A DNA stretch of 64,000 nt from Candidatus Pelagibacterales bacterium (GTDB lineage: Bacteria > Pseudomonadota > Alphaproteobacteria > TMED109): contig PAYS01000017.1 in assembly GCA_002715265.1 (NCBI GenBank), forward strand, positions 66,775-130,774, given 5' to 3'. The position numbers and the translations under genes are program-made. Positions 58,194 to 64,000 of this stretch are shown in pieces. The stretch's first letter is position 1. Each line of letters starts with the position of its first letter. Below the pieces are notes generated by a model. That model was given only the letters and a program-made list of their open reading frames with translations, searched no databases and was not told where the DNA came from.

Positions 58194-59093
58194 ATGAACG
58201 CAAGAATTTTAAATGGTAAAGAGATTGCAGCAGAGCTTAGAACATGTGTTGCTAAAGCTGTGACATATTTAAACAAACAAAGTGTTTACCCGGGTTTAGC
58301 TACAATATTAGTTGGGAGAGATTCTGCCAGTAGTGTCTATGTGGCTAATAAATCACGATTAGCTAAAGAATTAGGAATTAAATCATTTCAGTATAATTTA
58401 GAAGAAAATATTACAGAAAAAGAATTGATAAAATTAATTCATGAACTTAATGATAATCATGAAGTAGATGGTATATTGGTTCAATTACCTCTTCCTAAAC
58501 ATATAAATACAGACATAATTTTAGATACAATTAAACCAAATAAAGATGTTGATGGCTTTCATACAATAAATGCCGGAAACTTATATTTAAATAGAAAGGC
58601 TGTAATACCTTGTACTCCTCTAGGTTGCTTAATTATGCTTCGCAGTTTGAAAGTATCTTTACATGGACTAAGAGCTGTAATTATTGGGAGAAGTAATATT
58701 GTTGGAAAACCAATGTCTCAACTATTGTTAAAAGAAAATTGCACAGTAACCGTTGTTCATTCTTATACAAAAAATATTAAAGAAATAGTCAAAGAGTCAG
58801 ATATTGTTGTGGCTGCATTAGGAATTGCAAATTATGTAAAAGAAAGTTGGATAAAACCTGGAGCAATTGTAATAGATGTAGGTATTAACAGGATAAAAGA
58901 AAATGGAAAAAATAAGCTAGTTGGTGATGTAGAATTTGATAAAATAAAAAATATTGCTTCAGCAATTACTCCTGTTCCAGGAGGAGTTGGGCCTATGACT
59001 ATTGCATGTTTGCTTATGAATACTGTTTTACAATGTAGCAGTAATAATAATATAGAACTAGACAATAATAATTTTAAAAAATTTATAAAATAG
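58194..59093 (+). CDS. folD: bifunctional methylenetetrahydrofolate dehydrogenase / methenyl-THF cyclohydrolase
   Basis: VG.DSAS..YV..K, GILVQLPLP, GRSNIVGKP and PVPGGVGPMT motifs. Confidence 0.95.
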   Translation: MNARILNGKEIAAELRTCVAKAVTYLNKQSVYPGLATILVGRDSASSVYVANKSRLAKELGIKSFQYNLEENITEKELIKLIHELNDNHEVDGILVQLPLPKHINTDIILDTIKPNKDVDGFHTINAGNLYLNRKAVIPCTPLGCLIMLRSLKVSLHGLRAVIIGRSNIVGKPMSQLLLKENCTVTVVHSYTKNIKEIVKESDIVVAALGIANYVKESWIKPGAIVIDVGINRIKENGKNKLVGDVEFDKIKNIASAITPVPGGVGPMTIACLLMNTVLQCSSNNNIELDNNNFKKFIK

Positions 59094-59955
59094 ACGACCA
59101 GTTTGTCCACCATTTAGGCTTCAAAAATTTAATTTTATTTTTCGCATTAATAGCATTGTTTTGAGTATCAAAAATACCAAAACACGTTGGTCCGCTTCCT
59201 GACATACTGTAAAAAATTATTCCTTCTTGCCTGGAGAGAAGTTTTTGAGCATCTGTAACAGAAGGCTCAATTTTTTCGGCATAAAATTTTAGGTCATTTT
59301 TAAATAAATGATTAAAATGTTTTGGATTGTTATTATTGTTGATTGTTTTACGGTTAAAATTATCAAAGATGTTTTTAGTAGAAATTTCTTTATTTGGAGT
59401 AACTAAAACAATCCATTTATAGGAACAAACAACAGTTTTTGTATTATATGATATGTTTTTAATTATTTCTCCAATATTTTTCATGGTAATTTTTTTTGAA
59501 TGTAAACAGGCAGGAACATCTGCTCCTAGTTCTCTTGATATTTCATAAGAATAATTATTTATAAGTTTGCTCAATTTAATATTGTATATTTTTGCCAACA
59601 CTTTTAAAGTAGCAGCTGCATCTGATGACCCTCCGCCTATTCCAGAGGCAATGGGTAAATTTTTTTTTATTTTTATTACTATATCATTTTCAATATTATA
59701 TTTTTTTATAAATAATAAAGCAGCTTTATAACAGAGGTTATCTTTACCTAAATTTTTTATTTTTTTAGAAAAGGGTCCTGTACTTTCAATATATATATTT
59801 TTTTTTCTAGAATTCAGAACTTTTAAGCTAATTGTGTCATATATATTTATAAAAATTACATGTGATTCTATATTATGATAACCATCCGTTCTTTTATTTA
59901 AAATCTTTAAGGATAAGTTAATTTTTGCAAAAGCTTTTTCTTTAAAGGTTGTCAT
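59083..59955 (-). CDS. ispE: 4-diphosphocytidyl-2-C-methyl-D-erythritol kinase
   Basis: AFAKINLSLKI N-terminus and GHMP motif PIASGIGGGSSDAAA. ATG 59955 preferred over 59982, since it avoids overlap with the upstream TPR gene. The 3' end overlaps folD by 11 nt on the opposite strand. Confidence 0.9.
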   Translation of the reverse strand: MTTFKEKAFAKINLSLKILNKRTDGYHNIESHVIFINIYDTISLKVLNSRKKNIYIESTGPFSKKIKNLGKDNLCYKAALLFIKKYNIENDIVIKIKKNLPIASGIGGGSSDAAATLKVLAKIYNIKLSKLINNYSYEISRELGADVPACLHSKKITMKNIGEIIKNISYNTKTVVCSYKWIVLVTPNKEISTKNIFDNFNRKTINNNNNPKHFNHLFKNDLKFYAEKIEPSVTDAQKLLSRQEGIIFYSMSGSGPTCFGIFDTQNNAINAKNKIKFLKPKWWTNWSSIL

Positions 59956-59959
59956 AGAA

Positions 59960-61657
59960 TTAAATAGGTTTAGAACCGTCATTCACTCCTTTTTTAGGAA
60001 TAATTTTTTTATTAATTTTGTCTTCTAATATCTGCTTTAATTCCTCAGTAGGGTTAAACTTTAGTGCTCTTTTCCACTGAAATACAGCTTCTATTTTTCT
60101 ATTTGAATAAAATAGTGCATCGCCTAAATGATCTATTATAATAGAGTCACTAAGTAATTCTGATGCCCTTTCTAAATTTATTACGGCATTTTCATAATCA
60201 CCAATTTGATAGTATGCCCATCCTAGGCTATCTACAATATATCCATCTTCAGGTCTTTGTTGCACTGCTTTTTTAATCATGGACATGGCCGAATCTATAT
60301 TTATACCTTTGTCAATCCAAGAATAACCGAGATAATTCAAAACTTGAGGATTGTTAGGTACAAACTCTAGTGCGTAAAGAAAATATTTTTCCGCTTTATC
60401 CCAATTATCACTTCTTTCTAAAGAAATAGCTAAAGAGTAAAGTAAGGGCCAGTGTTTATATTCTATTTTTTCAAAACTATTAATAATGTTTTCATATATA
60501 AATGCAGATTTACCAAAATCTTCGTCCTGATAATGTAATTCAGCTATTTTTCTCGAAAAGTTTATATTATTAATATTACTATTTTGTAAATCTTCTAAAT
60601 AATTAATGGCGGGAATTAAACCTTGATTACTGTAAATTATTTCTGAGATGGCAATATCTGCATCATATGATAAGTAAGAGTTATTTGATACATTTTTAAA
60701 ATAGTTCAAAGCTCTATTATTATTATCTATGGATTCAAATATCCTTCCTAACAAATAATTTGCTTCATCTGAATTAGAATTTAGGTATTTAGACATTTGA
60801 GCATATGTTAAGGCTTGAACATATAAACCTTCATTGTGTAATAATTCTGCACTATTTAACAATATTTCAGCTATTCCATCTTTTGATGAAGTAATTATAT
60901 TTCCAGTTTTTAAAGACTTTTCATTTCTGAAAGCTATTAATTCATTGCTATAAGGATCTAATCTTTCCAACTTATCAAGGGTTTCATCTCTTAAATTATT
61001 TTTACCAATGCTTTCAAAAAATAATGCCGCTTTTATAAATACATTAGCATTAGCAGAATTAGACCTTTTAACTACATTTTCATAGTTTAATAATGCAGCT
61101 TCTGAATTACCCATATATTCGTTTATTAGGGCTAAATGATAGCCATATATAGGAGCTAAAACGCCCCTTTCAGCTTCTTGGGCTATAATTTCTAATCCTT
61201 CCGGGTTAATATCATTTTCAGCTGCTGCCCAAGCTTGTAAAATAGGAAGTATGTAGGTGTCTATACCACTTGGTGTTATATTTTTAAAAATATCTAATAC
61301 ATTGTCATAGTTGTTATTACTAATTTGTTTTATTGCTTCTGCATATTGTGCAATTGAAACTTCAGGCATATTTTTAGCTACTTTAGAACTAATTGATATT
61401 GCTTCATCTAATTGACCATTAGCTATTAATGCTTCTAAAGCTATTAAAGCTAAACCATTTGATTTAGTATTACGATTATAAGCATATTTAGCATAATAAG
61501 CTGATGATTCTATGTCAGGAATGGTTCTAGCAATTTTGCTACTCAAAAAAGCTCCAACGTGGTTAGGTATCCAGTCTCTGGCTAAAGTTTGTAGGGGTAC
61601 AAATAAATACAATAATATTAGAATTGTCTTTAAAAATTTAAATAAAAAAGGTAACAC
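59960..61657 (-). CDS. tetratricopeptide-repeat protein, secreted or anchored
   Basis: 565 aa. Signal-like N-terminus, multiple TPR-like A..Y..AL repeats (e.g. NYLGYSWIDKG, GWAYYQIGDYENA). GTG start. Conserved position upstream of ispE in Alphaproteobacteria (from memory). Confidence 0.8.
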   Translation of the reverse strand: MLPFLFKFLKTILILLYLFVPLQTLARDWIPNHVGAFLSSKIARTIPDIESSAYYAKYAYNRNTKSNGLALIALEALIANGQLDEAISISSKVAKNMPEVSIAQYAEAIKQISNNNYDNVLDIFKNITPSGIDTYILPILQAWAAAENDINPEGLEIIAQEAERGVLAPIYGYHLALINEYMGNSEAALLNYENVVKRSNSANANVFIKAALFFESIGKNNLRDETLDKLERLDPYSNELIAFRNEKSLKTGNIITSSKDGIAEILLNSAELLHNEGLYVQALTYAQMSKYLNSNSDEANYLLGRIFESIDNNNRALNYFKNVSNNSYLSYDADIAISEIIYSNQGLIPAINYLEDLQNSNINNINFSRKIAELHYQDEDFGKSAFIYENIINSFEKIEYKHWPLLYSLAISLERSDNWDKAEKYFLYALEFVPNNPQVLNYLGYSWIDKGINIDSAMSMIKKAVQQRPEDGYIVDSLGWAYYQIGDYENAVINLERASELLSDSIIIDHLGDALFYSNRKIEAVFQWKRALKFNPTEELKQILEDKINKKIIPKKGVNDGSKPI

Positions 61658-61804
61658 GGCAATTTCCTTATTGAATTTTAGAATAATATATTATACTAAT
61701 GCAATCGTAATTTAGATTTCTTTATACTATTATAGTACATTTTTTGAAGTTTAATAAAAATAATTTATTATATTATTTATAATATATAAAAAATAGAGGA
61801 AACA

Positions 61805-61999
61805 ATGGCTATTACAAAAAATAACCCTGCGGCTAGGGGTGCAAAACAAAAAGATAAGACATTTAATGGTAAAGTAGCGAAACCAGTAAAATATATAGGA
61901 ACCTGGCTAGGGCATGGAAATTATATTGCCGCGCAAGATGAGTCAGGAAAGCTTATTAAAGATAAGGATGGTCGTCCTATTCCTTACGGATCAATTTAA
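61805..61999 (+). CDS. hypothetical small basic protein (64 aa)
   Basis: Strong RBS context AGAGGAAACA-ATG after a 147-nt spacer. Lys-rich N-terminus and no family recognised. Sits 14 nt upstream of the UDG-like gene on the same strand. Confidence 0.5.
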   Translation: MAITKNNPAARGAKQKDKTFNGKVAKPVKYIGTWLGHGNYIAAQDESGKLIKDKDGRPIPYGSI

Positions 62000-62013
62000 C
62001 TGAAGTTACTGTT

Positions 62014-62739
62014 TTGAGGAAATCATCTAGTAATCACGATTATACGACTATTTTAAAATGGTTGTCTGATATGGGTGAAGAACAGTCTTTGTTGCAAGAA
62101 CCTAAAAAGCATAATTTTGTTAAAAATGATACTAAGTTGGAGAGAAGAGAAGAAGCATCATTCAACAGTGAAGAAATAATTTCATTAGTGAATGATTTTA
62201 AAGATTTAGAAAATTTCTTTTCTAAATATATTACTTTGGCTTTTTTAAAAGACTATCCTGAGTATAATTTTTATGATGGTAATATTTCTTCTGATCTGAT
62301 GGTTATAGGAGATAGGCCTTCAAATATTGATCTAAAAGTTGGTAAACCTTTTCAAGGGGAGGTTGGAAAATTATTAGATGCTATGCTTAAGGCAATAAAA
62401 TTTGATAGAAATAATACTTATTTTTCTAATTTAAATTATATTGACTCTATAAAAAATGAATATAACGACCTATTTCTTGCATTTATTCATAAACAAATTC
62501 AACTAGTTTCTCCAAAGATTATAATTATGTTTGGAGCAGAAGTAACCAAAACTATGACAGGAGAAGATAATGGTATATTTGCTAGTAGAGGAAAGTGGTT
62601 CAATCTAAAATCTAGGTTCATAAATACTAGCTTTTTGGCTATTTCAATGTTTCATCCAAGACAACTTATAGTTAAACCTGAAAATAAAAAAGAATCCTGG
62701 ATAGACCTTAAAGAGATTAGACAAAAATATACTTTTTAA
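62014..62739 (+). CDS. uracil-DNA glycosylase superfamily protein, divergent family-4-like, no cysteines
   Basis: LMVIGDRPSNIDLKVGKPFQGEVGKLLDAMLKAI aligns with the family-4 region GEAPG..ED..G.PFVG.AG.LL..ML.AI. C-terminal FHPRQLI corresponds to the HP..LL motif. TTG start keeps the alphaproteobacterial N-terminal extension (TILKWLSDMG). Confidence 0.72.
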   Translation: MRKSSSNHDYTTILKWLSDMGEEQSLLQEPKKHNFVKNDTKLERREEASFNSEEIISLVNDFKDLENFFSKYITLAFLKDYPEYNFYDGNISSDLMVIGDRPSNIDLKVGKPFQGEVGKLLDAMLKAIKFDRNNTYFSNLNYIDSIKNEYNDLFLAFIHKQIQLVSPKIIIMFGAEVTKTMTGEDNGIFASRGKWFNLKSRFINTSFLAISMFHPRQLIVKPENKKESWIDLKEIRQKYTF

Positions 62740-62797
62740 TCATATATTTTTATATTTTTATATAGTATTTATGTTTTCTAATTAGGTAGGAAGTTTA

Positions 62798-64000
62798 TTG
62801 TTATTTATTTTTAAAATATTTTATTTTTTAATTTTTATTTTTGTAAGTTATGGGCTTAATGCACAGGAATTAAAAATTCAAGAGAATTATTTTTACCACC
62901 AACTTGTTGCTTTGAATAAAAAGAATAATTTAAATATTATAATGTCAGATCAAGATATAAAAAAATATAAAAATATATTTGATTTGCAAAAAGAAGGAAA
63001 ATGGAAAAAGGCTAAAAATATTATTGAAACGTTAGATAATGATATTTTGTTAGGACATGTAAAATATCAAAAACTCATGCATCCAACTAAATATAGATCA
63101 CCCTATATTGAGCTTAAAGATTGGTTGGAAGAGTATAGTGATCATCCGATGGCGATAAGAATATGGAAATTAGCTGAAAGAAGAAAACCAGAAGGATCAA
63201 AACCATTATTTAAACCAAAAATATTAGAGAGACTATCTGGTTATGGAATGGATAAAAATAATGTTATTCCTTTCAAAGATTTTAATATTGCTAAAAAATA
63301 TTATAAGTATTATGCAAAAATTAGAAATTTAGTTAAGAGAGGCAGGCCCACTGCAGCTCTTAGGTTTTTAAATAATACTGAAGACTTGCCGCAAGTAATT
63401 TATGATGATCTTAGAGGTATTATATCAGCAGGTTATTTTTCTGTTGGTAAAGACAAATCATCATTTAAGTTAGCAATTAATTCAGCTAGCAGATCCGGAA
63501 ATGTAAACCCTATATTATATTGGCGCGCAGGTTTAGCTGCCTATAGGTTAAATAATAAGGATATTGCCCTCAAAAATTTTTATAAATTAACGGATTTGAA
63601 AGTTAGTCATTGGTTAAAATCTGCCGGAGCATTTTGGGTAGCTAAAATTAATAAAGAAAATAATAATTTAGAAGAAATAGATAAGTATTTATTAATAGCG
63701 TCAAAACAAAGTGATACTTTTTATGGGCAACTAGCTATTGAAATATTAGGTTTAAAGGATCCTATAAATTGGAAATTAAATAATCCTGGAGAAATTTTTA
63801 AAATGGATATATTTAAAAATATTCATTTGAAACGTGCAATAGCTTTGTCAGTAGTAGGCAGATATGGTGAAGCTGACCAAGAAATAAGATACTTATACAG
63901 TAAATTTAAAGAAAATAAATTAGAGGAAATGCTTGAGTTAACTAATTTCTTAAGTTTGCCGGCTGTTCAAATTAGGATAGGGGATAAATTAGAGCAGAGA
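62798..64000 (+). CDS. Slt70-like soluble lytic transglycosylase, N-terminal superhelical region (3' end beyond window)
   Basis: Open frame from TTG 62798 (AGGTAGGAAG upstream) to the window end, absent from the ORF track because it has no stop. It has a signal peptide, LLGHVKYQKLMHPTKYRSPYIELKDWLEEYSDHPMA, WRAGLAAYRL and TFYGQLA, typical of the Slt U-domain. The catalytic domain is not in the window. Confidence 0.72.
   Translation, partial: MLFIFKIFYFLIFIFVSYGLNAQELKIQENYFYHQLVALNKKNNLNIIMSDQDIKKYKNIFDLQKEGKWKKAKNIIETLDNDILLGHVKYQKLMHPTKYRSPYIELKDWLEEYSDHPMAIRIWKLAERRKPEGSKPLFKPKILERLSGYGMDKNNVIPFKDFNIAKKYYKYYAKIRNLVKRGRPTAALRFLNNTEDLPQVIYDDLRGIISAGYFSVGKDKSSFKLAINSASRSGNVNPILYWRAGLAAYRLNNKDIALKNFYKLTDLKVSHWLKSAGAFWVAKINKENNNLEEIDKYLLIASKQSDTFYGQLAIEILGLKDPINWKLNNPGEIFKMDIFKNIHLKRAIALSVVGRYGEADQEIRYLYSKFKENKLEEMLELTNFLSLPAVQIRIGDKLEQR

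Noticed and set aside
4365-61715. About 35 ORFs of 60-110 aa in the track that lie antisense to, or out of frame within, the large annotated genes. Examples: 4365..4574, 4938..5123, 7789..7986, 8448..8657, 9269..9502, 9716..9934, 10544..10834, 13156..13380, 13588..13839, 16170..16379, 22137..22379, 25603..25803, 26752..26949, 28351..28683, 30360..30542, 34137..34499, 38263..38526, 39063..39251, 41340..41525, 44246..44545, 45021..45320, 46097..46351, 47031..47430, 48681..48872, 51203..51400, 51906..52127, 52977..53171, 55465..55647, 58832..59113, 61512..61715.
   Set aside because: Each is fully embedded in a CDS with strong family motifs on the other strand or frame. Their products are low-complexity (Ile/Leu/Phe/Ser-rich) with no recognisable motifs. 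Shadow ORFs of this size are expected opposite AT-rich genes, where stop codons are depleted in the antisense frame.

Overview
This is a very AT-rich (roughly 70% A+T by eye), extremely compact chromosomal segment. It holds about 60 protein genes and two tRNAs (Leu-CAA, Gln-UUG). Most spacers are under 70 nt, many starts and stops overlap, and nine convergent gene pairs are separated by 9 nt or less or overlap.

The likely source is a streamlined marine alphaproteobacterium, Pelagibacterales/SAR11-like. This is inferred only from composition and synteny: a TIGR02302-type membrane protein after lysA, a DUF3035 lipoprotein after lspA, and a tlpA-like gene next to argH.

Content is overwhelmingly housekeeping:
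- Amino acid and nitrogen metabolism: thrH (truncated), argH, lysA, gltBD.
- Fe-S and redox: an Rrf2-controlled sufBCDS-sufT-sufA operon, coq7-dsbB, korAB.
- Polyamines: a speD/ODC/speE module.
- Translation, repair and nucleotide genes: ribF-ileS-lspA, mutL, rsmD, tadA, purD, xseA, folD.
- Envelope: plsC, lpxL-lpxK-waaA, pmbA, an Slt-like transglycosylase.
- Other: an RND efflux pair, trkH, pgi, ispE.

I see no rRNA, CRISPR, transposase or integrase, prophage, or obvious defence island.

Candidates for unexplored biology are moderate, and none is proven novel from sequence alone:
1. An orphan periplasmic SoxY-SoxZ fusion carrier plus MBL hydrolase pair (29.8-31.6 kb) with none of its usual partners.
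2. A maoC / radical-SAM-Cys-rich / apaG operon (13.9-15.7 kb).
3. An unlisted 42-codon lipoprotein gene between argH and lysA.
4. A 291-nt spacer ahead of gltB, by far the largest non-coding stretch.
5. A cysteine-free, motif-divergent family-4-like UDG.
6. The near absence of room for terminators at convergent junctions.
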